Of a stretch of DNA of 64,000 nt, positions 1 to 12,778 are shown piece after piece; positions within the stretch are counted from its first letter, which is position 1; each line of letters begins with the position of its first letter. The stretch covers positions 17,608,001 through 17,672,000 of the forward strand of contig JAWMAR010000001.1 of the NCBI GenBank assembly GCA_036785375.1, in the 5' to 3' direction. This DNA is from Leucoraja ocellata (lineage: Eukaryota). The translations under genes were made by a program, and so were the position numbers. The notes beneath the pieces are model-generated. The model worked only from the letters and a program-made list of their open reading frames with translations, was not told the origin of the DNA and ran no database searches.

Positions 1-110
1 CACCAACTGCTCTAGGTTATTAAACTAAGCCTGGTTGATGATAACATTGGATCCCCCTCGTCCAGCAACAATAAAAGACCTTTGGCAGCTTTCCAGGCAG
101 ATCTCCATAA

Positions 111-427
111 GGACATGGTTGAGCAGCGGTAGAGTTGCTGCCTTACAGCGCCAGAGACCGGGATTTGATCCTGACTACAGATGTTGTCTGTACAGAGTTT
201 GTACATTCTCCCCGTGACCTGTGTGGGTTTTCTCCGGGTGCTCTAGTTTCCTCCCACACTCAAAAAACGTACAGGTCTGTAGGTTAATTGGCTTTGGTAA
301 AATTGTAAATTGTCCCTAGTGTGTTTAGGATAGTGTAGTGTATGGGGATCGCCGGTCGGCGTGGACTGATTGGGCTGAAGGGCCTGTTTCTGCACTGTAT
401 CTCCAAACTAAACAAATCTAAACTAAA
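111..427 (+). mobile_element. tRNA-derived V-SINE (HE1-like)
   Basis: Degenerate A box (TGGTTGAGCAGCGG) and B box (GGATTTGATCC), V-domain core GTGGGTTTTCTCCGGGTGCTC..GTTTCCTCCCACA, CR1-like 3' end GAAGGGCCTGTTTC and (CTAAA)n tail. Confidence 0.85.
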
Positions 428-447
428 AGACATGAGTAAGAGCATAA

Positions 448-1848
448 AGTCATAAGGTACTAAGTGACAGGAGCAGAATTAGGCCATTCGACCCCTCAGG
501 TCTGCTCCAGTATTCAATCATGGCTGATTTATCTCTCCCTCCCAATCCCATTCTCCTCCTTTCTCACGATAAACCATGACACCCGTACTAATCAAGAATC
601 TATCTATCACTGCCTTAAAAATATCCATTGACTTCGCCACCACAGCCTTCTGTGGCAACGAATTCCACAGCTTCGCCACACTCTGACTAAAGAAATTCCT
701 CCTGATCCTTTAGGCAGATCAGGAGGAATTTCCTTTAGGAACATCCTTTAATTCTGAGACTAGGACCTTTAGTCCTAGACTCTCGCATTAGTAGAAACCT
801 TCTTCACATCCACTCTATCCAAGCCTTTCATTATTCGATAAGCTTCAATGAGGTTTTCCCCTCATCTTTCAAGTTCAAGTTCAAGTTCAGGTTACATTTA
901 TTATCACATGCACCTTTTGGTGCATTGAGATTTGAGTTACCATACAGCCACACGAATAAAAAGAACACAATGCTCGATAGAATTTAACATAAACATCCCC
1001 AAACAGCAGAATCAATGTTTTCCACTGTGAGGGAAGGCAATAAAGTTCAGTCAGCTTCCTCTTTGTTCACCCGTGGTTGGGGCCTTTGAGCCCTCTGCAG
1101 TCGCCGCTACGGCAGCCCGATGTTTCAGGCCCTCTCGCCGGGATGATCGGAACTCCGGCGTAGGAACGAAAGAACACATATGCAGCTTGGAGTTTTTGAG
1201 TCGGCCGCTTCCTACCGGAGACCGCGGCTCCCGAGGAGCACAGGCCGAGTTGGGCGGAGATTCAAGACTGGCGACCCTCGGCAAAGGATCCCAGGACTCC
1301 ACGATGTTAAAGTCAGCGCCGCCCATGGCTAGAAGCTCCGCAGACCACAGCTCCACACTGTTAATCAGCAGGCCCAACACCCCGGAGCTTCAACACAGGC
1401 GATCCCCGGTAAGGCATCGTCCCGCTCCGCGATGGAATTCAGTGCTGTGCCCGTTGCTGAAGCTCTGGCCGGTCTTCAGCAGGAAAGGCTGCGCCAATCC
1501 AGTTGGTAGGCCTGCGAGGGGGCGGCGAAGATGCGACTCAGAGAAAGACACATCTACGACCAGGTAGTGACTGGGAAACAGTTTTCCCCTTTCCCACCCC
1601 CCCCCCCCCCCCCCCCCCCCCCCATCCGCCACATCAAAAAGGCTAAGACATCTTTAAAACAAACTTTTAGACATACAAGAAACAACAAAAAAAGGGTGAA
1701 AGAACAGCTGCTGCCGAGGCTGCAACACTCGATGGCGCCACCCGATGGAATTTCTAAACTTCAGCCAGTTCTGGCCCAGTGCTGTCAAACGCTCATCATA
1801 TGTTAATCCATTCATTCTTGGGATCATTCCTGTAAACCCCCTCTAGAT
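448..1848 (-). mobile_element. CR1 LINE 3' fragment, split by the insertion at 871-1750
   Basis: CR1 3' UTR and ORF2 C-terminus on the minus strand. The sequence ...CCCTCATCTTTC (870) resumes as TTTCTAAACTTCAGC at 1751. Confidence 0.75.
871..1750 (-). mobile_element. Non-autonomous SINE-like retroelement (GC-rich body, Rex/Babar-type tail)
   Basis: Read on minus: GGTGGCGCCATC near the 5' end, poly-G tract, GC-rich body, TGCCTTCCCTCACAGTG motif, GATAATAAA and (GAACTT)n tail. Possible TTTC TSD. Confidence 0.6.
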
Positions 1849-3557
1849 CGCTTGGGATCCAAGGAGAGATAGCTGAATGGATCGCAAATTGGCTCCATGG
1901 AAGGAAGCAGAGGGTGATGGTGGAAGGTTGCTTCTCGGACTGGAGGCCTGTGACTAGTGGTGTACCTCATGGTTCAGTGCTGGTCCTGTTACTGTTTGTC
2001 ATCGACATCAATGATTTGGATGAGAACATACAGGGCAAGATTAGCAAGTTTGCTGATACAAAAGAGTGTGGTTTTGCAGATAATGAAGATGGTTGTGAAA
2101 GATTGCAGCAAGATCTGGATCATTTTGCCAGGTGGGCTGAGGATTGGTTGATGGAATTTAATACAGAGAAGTGTGAGGTGCAACGTCTAACAAGGGCAGG
2201 ACCTACACAGTGAATGGTAGGCCTCTGGGGAGTGTTGTAGAGCAGAGGGATCTATGAATGCAGGTGCAGATAGATCAGGTGGTCAAAATGCTTTTGGCAC
2301 ATTGGCCTTCATCAGCCAGAGTATTGAGTATCGAAGTTGGGAGGCCATGTTGCAGTTGTATAAGACATTGGCGAGACCGCATTTAAAATATTGTGTTCAG
2401 TTCTCAGCATCATGTTATAGGAAAGATATTGTCACGCTTGAAAGGGTTCAGAGAGGTGTTACAAGGATGTTGCCAGGACCAGAGGGAGTGAGCTATAGGG
2501 AGAAGTTGAGTTGGCTGGATCTCTATTCCTTGGAGCGCAGGAGGATGAGAGGTGATCTGAGAGAGATGCATAAAATCATGAAAGAAATAGATCGGGTAGA
2601 TGCACAGAGTCTCTTGCCAAGAGTAGGGGAGTCGAGGAACATCGAGGAACATCGGACATAGGTTCAAGGTGAACCTATGTTCTTGTACATCAGTCACAGA
2701 AAGTAAGCATGCAGGTACAACAGGCAGTGAAGAAAGCTAATGGCATGTTGGCCTTCATAGCGAGATGTTTTGAGTATAGGAGCAAGGAGATCCTACTGCA
2801 GTTGTAAATGGCCCTGATGAGACAGCACCTGGAGTATTTTGTGCAATTTGGTCTAATTTGAGGAAGAACATTATTGCTATTAAGGGAGTGCAGCGTACGT
2901 TCGCCAGGTAAATTCCCGGGATGACAGGACTGACGGATGATGCAATAATAGGTCGACTGGGTTTGTATTCACTGGAATTTAGAAGGATGAGAGGGTATCT
3001 TATAGAAACAAGAAATTCTTCAAGAATTAGACAGGCTACATGCAGGAAAAGTGTTCCCGATGTTGGTTGAATCCAGAACCAGGGGTCACAGTTTAAGAAT
3101 AAGGGGTAGGCCATTTTGGACTGAGATGAGGAAAAACATTTTCATCCAGAGAGTTGTGAATCTGTGGAATTCTCTGCCACAGAAGGAAGTGGAGGCCAAT
3201 TCACGGGATGTTTTCAAGAGATAGTTAGATTTGACTCTTAGGGCTAAAGGAATCAAGGGATATGGGGAAAGACCAGGGACGGGGTACTGATTTCAGATGA
3301 TCAGTTATGATCATATTGAATGCACAAAGGATGGTGGGTGTATGGAACAAGAAGCCAGATGAGGTAGTTGAGGCTGGGACTATCCCAAAGTTTAAGAAAC
3401 AGTTAGACAGGTACACGGATAGGGCAGGTTGCAGGGATATGGACCAAGCTCAGGCAGGCGGGACTAGTGTAGCTGGGACACATTGTCCGGTGTGGGCAAG
3501 TTGGGCCAAAGGGCCTGTTTCCACACTGTAGCACTCTATCATTCTATGACTCTATGA
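1849..3557 (+). mobile_element. CR1 LINE, 5'-truncated ORF2 RT C-terminus, frameshifted
   Basis: ORFs 1914-2213 (VTSGVPHGSVL...SKFADT) and 2254-2661 (LYKTLARPHLKYCVQF...LERVQR); (CTATGACT)n tail at ~3545-3557. Confidence 0.9.
2673..3322 (+). mobile_element. Second CR1 subfamily copy nested in the first
   Basis: Restarts at an earlier ORF2 position (VQQAVKKANGMLAFI) and has its own 3' UTR (GATGATCAG..ATGATCATATTGAATG); the host resumes at QRMVGVWN. Confidence 0.75.
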
Positions 3558-3814
3558 CCCTCTGCAGAGCCAGCATATCTTTCCTCAGATATGGTGCCAA
3601 AAATTACTCACAATACTCCAAATATCTGTCTTCACTTTGTGGAAAGCCCCCAAAGCAACAAACCATCATTATGTACTTTACAGGCTGACGAAAAATAAAT
3701 AGATGAAGCCTCTACTTCTTTGATATGGACACTTGCTGACCTCCTTAATGCAACACTAAGCTGCTAATTAGTCATGGATTCATATAACATGAAAACAGGC
3801 ACTTTAGCCCAACT

Positions 3815-4585
3815 GTGTAAGAAAGAACTGCAGATGCTGGTTATAATTGAAGTTAGTGACACAACATGCTGGAATAACTCAGCGGGACAGGCAGCATCTC
3901 TGGAGAGAAGGAATGGGTGACATTTAGAGTCGAGACCCTTCTTTAGACTGATGTCAGAAAGGGGGCGGGACAAAGATAAAATGTCCCCCTCCCCACGTAC
4001 TTTCCCATGCAACTGCAGGAGATGCAACACCTGTCCCTTTACTTCCCCCTCAACTCCATCCAAGGACCCCAACAGTATTTCCAGAGGTAGAGGTTCACTT
4101 CCTCCAACCTCATCTACTGTATCCGCTGTTCCAGGTGTCAACTTCTCTACATCGACGAGACCAAGCGCAGGCTCGGCGATCGTTTCGCTGAACACCTTCA
4201 CTCAATCCGTCTTAACCTACCTGATCTCCCGGTGGCTCAGCACTTCAACTCCCTCTCCCATTCCCAATCTGACCTTTCTGTCCTGGGCCTCCTCCATTGG
4301 CAGAATGAGGCCCCGCGCAAATTGGAGGAACAGCGCTTGGGTAGTTTGCACCCCAGCGGTATGAACATTGACTTCTCTAACTTCAAATAGCCCTTGCTTT
4401 CTCTCTCCATCCCCTCCCCCTTCCCAGTTCTCCCACCAGTCTTTCTGTCTCTGCCTACATCCTATCTTTGTCCCACCCCCTCCCATGACATCAGTCTGAA
4501 GAAGGGTCTCGACCTGAAACGTCGCCCATTCCTTCTCTCCAAAATTGCTGCCTGTCCCGCTGAATTACTTCAGCATTTTGTGTCT
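3815..4585. mobile_element. Penelope-like (Neptune-type) fragment with inverted pLTR and 14-bp TSD
   Basis: Minus-oriented pLTR end (3815-~3982) joined to a plus-oriented CNCRRCNTC linker, GIY-YIG remnant and pLTR. Flanked by ACTTTAGC(C/T)CAACT at 3801-3814 and 4586-4599, inside a CR1 3' end. Confidence 0.85.
4493..4526 (+). ncRNA. Minimal type I hammerhead ribozyme motif in Penelope pLTR
   Basis: AGT-CTGAAGA-A-GGGTCTCGACCT-GAAAC-GTC-GCC: CUGANGA and GAAA core, stem II, palindromic ACGU stem III, GUC cleavage triplet. Confidence 0.7.
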
Positions 4586-5174
4586 ACTTTAGCTCAACTT
4601 GTGCATGTCGACCAACATGTCTATCTGAGCTAGTCACATATACCAGCATTGGACCCATATTCCTCTAATCCCTTTCCATCCATGTACCTGCCCAAATATC
4701 TTTTAAACATGGTCAACTATCATCTCCTATTTTATAATGTGGATGTTTGAATATATTGCTATTCATTTTGCTTAATCTCTTATCTTCCATGACATTCTCC
4801 ATGTAACTACAGATGAGTAATATTAATTTAACACCTTGCCAATCTCCTTTAGCTTCACACATAGATGACTAAGTTGAACCTTAAGGGGGCCTATTCTCTC
4901 CCTTGTTTTTGCTCTTAATATTTTTGTAGCATCCCTTAGGATTCTCTTTTAATTTATCTGCAAAATTATCTTGGGTCCTAGTTTTGGCCTCTTGATTTCT
5001 CACTTAAGTATGCCCCTATGTTGTTTATACTTCTCAAGGGAGTTACCTGATCATAGCTGACTATACCTGACATACACCCCCTTCTTTTTCCTCAGCAGAG
5101 TTTCAATATTCATCATCAACCAGGTTTTCCTAAACCCTTGACTCTGACAGAAACCTTTTTGTCTTTAACTCTCC

Positions 5175-5520
5175 CTATCACACCTATTTCTCCACTCCCT
5201 TCCACCTACATTCCATCCTCTAGCTTTGCAATTCACAACTCTTCAAGTCTTTTGTCTCACACCTTATACCTTTTCAACTCTGGTCTTTGTCCAATGATCT
5301 GCCTATCGTAAACTCCCTTCACCTGGGTCAACCTATCACCTGCCTGGCTTTATCATGCCCCTCCTCTCCTCCAGCTCTCTCTCCCCCCACGTCCCACCCC
5401 TCCCAATCAGTCTGAAGAAGGGTCCCAACCCGAAACGTCACCTATCCATGTCCTTCAGCGATGCTGCCTGATCCACTGAGTAATTCCTGCACGTTGTGTC
5501 TTTTTATGTAAACTAACATT
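5175..5520 (+). mobile_element. Penelope pLTR / 3' fragment
   Basis: Pyrimidine-rich 3' region followed by CAGTCTGAAGAAGGGTCCCAACCCGAAACGTCACC...GATGCTGCCTGA..CTGAGT. Confidence 0.75.
5409..5442 (+). ncRNA. Minimal hammerhead ribozyme motif, core intact
   Basis: AGT CTGAAGA A GGGT-CCCA-ACCC GAAAC GTC ACC. Confidence 0.75.
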
Positions 5521-6863
5521 GTTTCTTCAGTCCCTTTTCTGACCTGTGAGATTGAAAAGCAAGTAATCAAACAAAATGTAGCAGAATACTAAGTGATGTC
5601 GAGTAATGAAGGAATGTCACAGTGTACATCCACAGTTACTTAAAGGTACCAGCAGTCAATAAGTTGCTAAAAAAGGCTTCCATCCCAGGCTACAATCTAG
5701 TGAATATCACATCTGTCCTACAGTATGGCAACACAAACAGGCAACATCTTCAGCGCTGCTTAGCTTTACCCACCGCATTGCAGGAAAGATGTGATTGCAT
5801 AGAAGGTGGGGGGATCTTCACAAGATTGGTGCCAGGACTGCAATACTGCAATCATGAAGAAATATTAGATCAGGTGTTGATTTCTTTGGCAAAAGGAAGC
5901 TGATTTTTTAAAGATTAATAAAATTATGAGGAAAAATGTGATGGGAGTATGAATTTATAGAAATTGGCAGATGGATTAGAGGGGAGATGAGAAAATAAGT
6001 TTTCACCTAGTGTTTGATAAGAATCTGGAACTCAATGTTTACAATGAAGGTAGAGGCAGGAATCCTTACCACAGTAAACAGGAATCCTTGCCACAGTTAG
6101 ATGTAAATCTGAAATCCCATGATTATCTTTTTCAATTGGTATGAATACAATAAGTAAAATCACAGCTATTGTAATAATTATTCTACAATGTTATTAATAT
6201 TCTGTAGTTCTACTAGCTCGCACCTTCTAAGAATACTTCAATTTCTCAGTTACCTCTCGGCACCACAAAATCATCTCTTATTCTTCTAAATTCTATTTTT
6301 TGCCGTCTATTCTCACAGAACCACACTTTCATCCAGGGATACAATCTAGCAGATCTTCACTATTCTGATTTTAAAACAAGTTTACCCTTCTTTAGAAACA
6401 AAGATCAAATCTGTGAACATTGCTTTAAATAACACCTCACCAAAGTCTTATTCAACCTCAGCAAAACGTTTTTCTATTCCACTTGTACCAGTGTACTACT
6501 AGCCTTTCTAATTGATTATGGAACCTGCATTTTTATTTTCTGTATTTCATACATTCAAGTTCAAGTTCGCGTTTATAGTCACTTAATTAACAAAGGTACA
6601 GTGAAATAAGATTCACATAAGAATCACATTTTGTTTTTCCAGTCTTACATACGAAGATTGTCTTCCTTACTTAAAGTGATTAAAGCATTTTGTAGATCTT
6701 CGAGACTTGGATTTAGCAGTTCTCAATGACAGGACATTGATAGCAGGAATTTCTGCTACAGCCATTTCTCATATCACTTGTGTTCATGTTGATGAACCTC
6801 AGATCAATTGTTGCTACATCTGGCCCATGTACAATAATGAGACTTACTTGCAAAAACTCATTC

Positions 6864-7148
6864 AGTTTAGTTTTAGTTTAGTTTAGGGATACAAGGCGGA
6901 AACAGGCCCTTCGACCCACCGAGTCCGCGCAGACCTGTGATCCCCGCACACTTCACACTAGGGGCAAATTACCATTTTACCAAAGCCAATTAACCTGCAA
7001 TGTATGTCTTTGGAGTATGGGAAGAAACTGGAGCATCCAGTTCACCCGGGAGAACATACAAACTCCGTATAGACAGCACCCATAGTCAGGATCAAACCTG
7101 GGTCTCTGGCGCTGTAAGATAGCATCTCTTCCACTGCACTACCATGCC
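6864..7148 (-). mobile_element. V-SINE (HE1-like)
   Basis: Reverse complement of the 111-427 family, with (TTTAG)n tail on the left and tRNA-like head on the right. Confidence 0.85.
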
Positions 7149-7253
7149 TTCCCTGCCAGAGACTATTTCCATAAATGTGGCTATCCTACAAACCTACTTG
7201 AAAGTTAGTTATGGCATGTTCAGTAACTTGAAATAGAATTGCTCGCAAGTACA

Positions 7254-8064
7254 GTGGCGGCGCCTAACGGCAGCGGCTCGACTACAGTCGTCTGTCTTTT
7301 TTAATTTTTGTCTTGTTAAATGTATGACTTGAGTTAGTTTTTATCATTTTTTTTAGCTGTGTATATGTGAGGGGTGGTGGGGGGGGGGGGGGGGGGGCTG
7401 TGGGGGAAACCGTTTTAAATCTCTTCCCTGTGCGGAGACCCGAATATTTCCTGTCGGGTCTCGGATGTCGTTGGAGCTAACATCGTGGAGCCGGCGGCGA
7501 CCTCCGGCCGGGACTAACCTGAGGGCTCCAGTTGCAGAGCCTGCAGAACTGACATCGCAGAGCTGGCCAACTTCGGAGCGGCAAGAGCTGTGGTGACGCG
7601 CGGTTGTGACCCGACTTTGGAGTTCGGAGGCACCGGTTGCAGACCCGGTGGACGGGAACATCGGGAGCTCGTAGGTCCCTGGTGGGAGACCGCTTTTCCG
7701 AGCTCCGCAACGGCGACTTCTCCCGCTGGAATCGCGGGTTTAAGGACTTGGAGCCGGGGCCTAACATCGCCCGGCGTGGCTTAAACGGCCTCAGGACTTA
7801 CCATCGCCCGCCGGAGGCTTTAACATCGGAGCCGCAGTTCGCCTCGACACTGCAGTTGGACTGCTGAACCACGGGAGAAGGAACAAAGAGAAGAGATAAA
7901 GACTTTGCCTTCCATCACAGTGAGGAGATGTTGGAGACTCACTGTGATGAATGTTTATGTAAACTGTGTTAAGTGTGGGTCTTGGATTGTTTTGTAATGT
8001 AAAAAAACTGTAGAAATGATATTTTGTTCAAACCTAGGTTAGAATGACAATAAATTGCATTCTA
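7254..8064 (+). mobile_element. Non-autonomous SINE-like retroelement, same family as 52666-53441
   Basis: Starts GTGGCGGCGCCTAACGGCAGCGGCTCGACTACA, then poly-G, a CpG-rich body, stem-loop CATCACAGTGAG...CTCACTGTGATG, and ends GACAATAAATTGCATTCT. Aligns along its length to the reverse complement of 52666-53441. Confidence 0.8.
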
Positions 8065-8659
8065 TAATTGTTTATTCAAAAATCTCAGTCCACAATCCTA
8101 AAATACAATGCCGTGAATAGTTCTCGAACAGTAACTGTAGTTGCCAGTCATCCTTCTGACTTCAAATCCGATTCCAAATTTATAATTCTTCATGATTTCT
8201 GATGGTGTGGGGTTTAAAGTGGTTTCACAATTCTCTAATACATTGTTAAATGGGATGTCAGGTGGGTTTGTAAATGTATAGGCTTATTTATAATAATGAG
8301 ATCACATTCTTGTATTCACCCATGTTCTTATTACGAGCATTTTTACCCTTATTTTCTATTCTAGTCATTTTATGGGCCCAGTAAACCAGCTCCATCCTTC
8401 CAGGCATGAATTCAAAAATTCCTGGATTTTGTTGTTGTGATCAAAATGTTCAAAATAACCAGTCTGGGACTCGTCTGTCATTTAACACTCTGCACTTATT
8501 TCATTTCAGAGGCTGGTCGTTTACTTCCAATCAATCTTGATTCCACTACCAATGTTCCTCATGCTCTGGTCTGCAACACTGCTCTCCATGATTAATTGTA
8601 AGTTTCCTGTTCTCACTTCATGGTTAATTTTGATGGCTGCTTTTCTTGCAAGCCCATTC

Positions 8660-9597
8660 TAGCTTTAGGTTTAGGTTTATTATCGTCGTATGATCCGAAA
8701 TACAGTGAAAAGCTTTATTTTGCATGCTATTCAATCACATCAGATAATACTGTACATAAACACAATCAAGACAAACTCAAGCACAATAGGTAGAGTAAAG
8801 GGGAAGATACACAGTGCTGAATATAGTTCTCAGCATTATAGTGCACCAGCTCCAGAGACAAAGTCCACCATCTGCAATGGATAGAGGCAAATCGGACAGT
8901 ACCCTAGTTTAGGGCTAGATAGTGCTCTTAAAGATAGCGGACTCTGGGGATATGGGGAGAAGGCAGGAACGGGGTACTGATTGGGGATGATCAGCCAGGA
9001 TGACTGGCTCGAAGGGCCGAATGACCTACTCCTGCACCTATTGTCTATTGTTTATGGAAGGACCGTACAGAAGCCTGATAACAGAAGGAAAAAAGCTGCT
9101 CCTGAGTCTGCTGGTGCATGCTTTCAAGCTTCTGTTTCTTCTGCCCAACGGCAGTGAGATGAAGGTGGGAAAAGTATCTGAATATGTTGATAGCTTATCT
9201 GAGGCATTGTGAAGTGTAGATGGAGTCAATGATGGGGAGTCTGGTCTGTATGATGAATTGGGCTATATTTACAACTTTCTGCAATTTCCTGCAGTCCTGG
9301 GCAGAGCAGTCCTAAACAAATCTGTGATGCAACCTGATGTATGCTTTCTATGGTGTATTTGTAGACATTTGTAAATCATTGGAGGCATGTTAAATTTCCT
9401 CAGTCTCCTCAGGAAGTAGAGGCATTTGTGTATCTTCTTGGCTGTAGTTTCACTGCGGTTAGACCAGGACAGAGGAGTCCTTGGTGTCTCAGCGTTTCAA
9501 GAGATGAGTTTAGGACCAGAGAGATGGTGTCAGCTGGCGACCTGTTGCAACGGTAAGCAAACTGCATTGGATCAAGGCTTGAGTGGGAGGTTGGCCA
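8660..9597 (-). mobile_element. Rex1/Babar LINE fragment with a small nested CR1 3' piece (~8911-9050)
   Basis: Minus-strand LDPMQFAYRCNRS (RT) near 9540-9580, RLRSSFFPSVIRLL (C-terminus), tail ATAATAAACCTAAACC. Confidence 0.75.
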
Positions 9598-9741
9598 TTA
9601 ATTAGTAAATTTGTATTTGTTTCAACTTTATGAGATTGTATTGTATTCAAACTGTATCACTTAGCACAATCTGGATTCTCAAGGTCTCCATCTTGTATTG
9701 AAAATCAGGTTCTCTATACTCTTCACCCCTCCCTTTCTTGA

Positions 9742-10915
9742 TTAGTTAAAACACACTTGTTTTTCACTTTTGTGGGGGGAGGGGCGGTGGGAGGGGTTGT
9801 GGAGGCGGGGTTGTGTTGGGAGGGGTTGTGGGGGGGTGAGGGGTGTGTGGGGGGGGGGGTATGTGTGGCCAGGGGGGGTTTGGGGGAGAGGGGTGTGTGG
9901 GCAGGGTGTGTGTGGGAGAGGGGTGTGTGGGCAGGGGGAGGGTGGGAGGGTTGTGAGGGGTGTGTGAAAGGGAGGGGTGGGTGGGAGGGGTTGGGTGTGG
10001 GGGGGAGCGGTGTGGGTGCGGGGGGAGGAGTGTGGGGGCAGGGGGAGAGAAAGCTCGGAGAAAAGACGGGGGAAGAGCCATGGGGGGGAGATGCGGTATC
10101 AGGGGGGAGGGGGGCAGGAGCCAGTGAGGTGGACCAGAGGGGAAGGGGTTGGGGGTGCGATGGGGATTCACAGCGGGCTCTGGTCGCTTCGTTGGTCGTT
10201 CTCCTCCACCGGGAATCTCCGTTTTCCGTTTGGCGACATCGGCGGCAATTCCAATTCGGCGCTGGCTGGGCTGGGTCGGGCCGGGCCGGCTCATCCAGAG
10301 CCTCCCGCAGCTGCAGTAACGATGCAGGGGGAGGGGGGAGAGAGCTTGGGGTGTGTGTGCGCAGGGGGAGGGTTGTGAGGGGTGTGTGGAATGGAAGGGT
10401 ATGTGGGGGGGTTGGGGTGGGCGGGGGGAGATGTGTGTGGGCAAGGGGGGAGGGAGCACGGAGAAAAGGCTGGGGAAGAGCCGTGGGGAGAGTGCGGTAT
10501 TATGGGAGAGGGGGGGACCAGAGGGGAAGGGGTTGGGGGTGCGATGGGGATTCACAGCGGGCGCTGGTCTTTCTTCTCTGTATGGCTTGCGGACTCAGCT
10601 CCGTCTCCAGAGCTTTATTCTCCTCGCCCCGCCCGGTGATTAACAGCAAAGATTAACAGCGGGTGCCGGAAAGGGCATTACCTTCATGGCGACTGACAGG
10701 CGAGAAGACCAATCTGCTGATCTCACAATTTTTTATACCTTCATTACTTTTGTAATCTTCCACCGATCGTGACAAAACTTTGTGGCTTGGAGCAGAGGAG
10801 AACGGTGAATAAGGTGGCGAGTAATCCTAGCGATATAGGGTAACTTTTTTAATGCAAATTTAAATAAAATGCAGACCGAAAGTGGTCAAGATGAGAGTTT
10901 TAGAAATAGTACAGA
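9742..10915 (-). mobile_element. Non-autonomous Helitron with G-rich internal minisatellite
   Basis: Minus-strand 5' end A|TCTGTACTATTTCTAAAACTCTCATCTTGACCACT resembles the ends at 23137 and 30777. 3' hairpin AAAACA-4nt-TGTTTT then CTAA|T; no TSD. Confidence 0.65.
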
Positions 10916-12303
10916 TATTTACCTAATGCAGTTGCACTTTCTTGTTTCCCAGCTCCCACCAATTCATCTTATAGACAACTTCCCACAATTGATTTGCAGC
11001 ACAACCCTTGCTGCCAACTCCTTCCTGATTGTACACCCACCCACTCTGTGCCACCCCCTCAGTGGATATTCCACTATATGAGAGAAAGACCTTGTGTGCT
11101 CAACATGCACATGGGCAATTTTGTAGCATGTGGCAATTTGCACCAGAGAATTCTGCAGCAGCAGGCATTCAAACAAATGCCTGCCATGCACCACTCATTT
11201 GATGGATCATGCAATTACAAGGTGTTTTGTTTTTAAGCATGTTAATCTTCTGGCATCAAATTTCCATTGGTTTTATTTCTAAATCTTCTAAAATAATTCT
11301 TGTTTTTAAAAACTTCCTATGTATATTTAAATTAATGTACAAACAAAACCAATACTTCTGCACAATCAACAAAGCATTACAAATCAATATAAAAAAGCTT
11401 TGTGCTACAGCTTTCACCCTTCAAGCTGCTATACCAAAACAGAGCAATCTTGATATCTCATAAATTAAATGAACTGCATGGTTCAGGCAGGTATCGGATA
11501 TCAATTTTGGCTGCCAAAATCAGTTACGCTTCCCAGGCTAAATCAAGCCCTGTCACCAAGAATAAGAAAGGTTGCAAAGCTGACTCTGACTCCAGTTCTA
11601 AGTTCACTGTACATAATCTGCTTGTGTCAGTTTTAATGCTGTGGATGTATATTTCATGATGTAACAAGCACATTCTGTGGAATTCTTCTTAACTTGAAGT
11701 TTCAGTCTGTAGTTCCCAGGTTTTTTGGGAACAGACTATTTTGTACAATGGTAAAGTTTGTACAACAGTAGAACCAGCTAATGATCATCTGCAACAAGAG
11801 AATCTATCTATTCTTGAGATAAAGTGTAGACTCTGAAAGCTTGAGCAAAATACAAAGTGCTGGTCAGGTCAGTATCTGTGGAGGGAATGGATAGACGATC
11901 CTTCTTCTGATTGATTGTAGTAAAGTGGGAGGGGGGGTGATCTGAAAGCTGGAAAAGAGATGTGAAGCTGGAAGAAACCATGGCAAGGGGTAGGTTGATA
12001 CAGGCGATTGGCAGATGGGTGGAGTAGATAAGAAAATAAGACAAAAGGGTGTCAGATATGGAGAGAAAATGAGCAAAATGAGAGATGGGGGATTAAAGGA
12101 AGGGATAGTGGGGAAAATCAGTACATACCGGGGTGGGTTGGGGAGCACAGGAAAGAGAGAGGAGATTATTAAAATTGGAGGATTTAATGTTGGAAATTGG
12201 ATTTAAATTGTATTATTAAAATTGGAAAATGTAACCCAATGTTATAAGGTTGCATTGTAAGCTACCCAAGTGAAATACGAGGTGCTGTTCCTTCAGTACC
12301 TCA

Positions 12304-12778
12304 GGGCGGTATGGTTGTGCAGCTGTAGAGTTGCTGCCTTACAGCGCTTGCAACGCCGGAGAACGGGGTTCAATCCGACCACGGATGCTGTCTGTACGGA
12401 GTTTGTACGTGCTCCCCGTGATCACGTGGGTTTTCTCCGAGATCTTCGGTTTCGTCTCACAGACGTACAGGTTTGTACGTAAATTGGCTTGGTATAAGTG
12501 TAAATTGGGGTCAAGGAAAGAGCGTTTACGTCGCGGCCCTGTTTCCACTAATCTTTCCACCACCACGCACAAGAAGCGACAAGACAGACACCATTGTATG
12601 CAGATGCCGAGAAGTGTGTTCAGTTCTGGCTGAACAACTTCTAATCTTGTGTGTGGACTCGATAAGAAAAAGTGTAAAGTGTAAATTGTCCCCAGTGTGT
12701 AGAGGATAGTGTTGATGTGCGGGGATCGCTGGTCGATGCAGACTCGGTGAGCCGAAGGGTATCTCTAAAGTAAAAACA
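12304..12778 (+). mobile_element. V-SINE (HE1-like) containing an insertion
   Basis: tRNA-like head with B box GGTTCAATCC, V-core and CTAAAGTAAA tail; interrupted at 12508-12676. Confidence 0.8.
12508..12676 (+). mobile_element. Short retroposed insertion, possibly an RTE-type 3' end, with 12-bp TSD
   Basis: AAGTGTAAATTG duplicated at 12496-12507 and 12677-12688. Family assignment is weak. Confidence 0.5.

Noticed and set aside
111-180. tRNA-like sequence (also ~7080-7148 and 12304-12380)
   Set aside because: These are SINE heads with degenerate boxes that continue into the V-SINE core; they are not tRNA genes.
1051-1567. Overlapping GC-rich ORFs or CpG-island promoter (also 7350-7870 and 52860-53290)
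   Set aside because: They lie inside copies of a dispersed non-coding repeat, and the ORFs are not conserved between copies.
8070-8658. Possible ancient Gypsy integrase relic (minus-strand NGLARKA) or host exon
   Set aside because: Only one weak motif and many stops; not supportable by eye.
9757-10656. Long Gly-rich and Pro-rich ORFs (299 and 263 aa)
   Set aside because: They arise from stop-poor G/C minisatellite sequence inside a Helitron.
10920-11810. Unique-looking region as a coding exon or gag relic
   Set aside because: No recognisable domain and only short ORFs.
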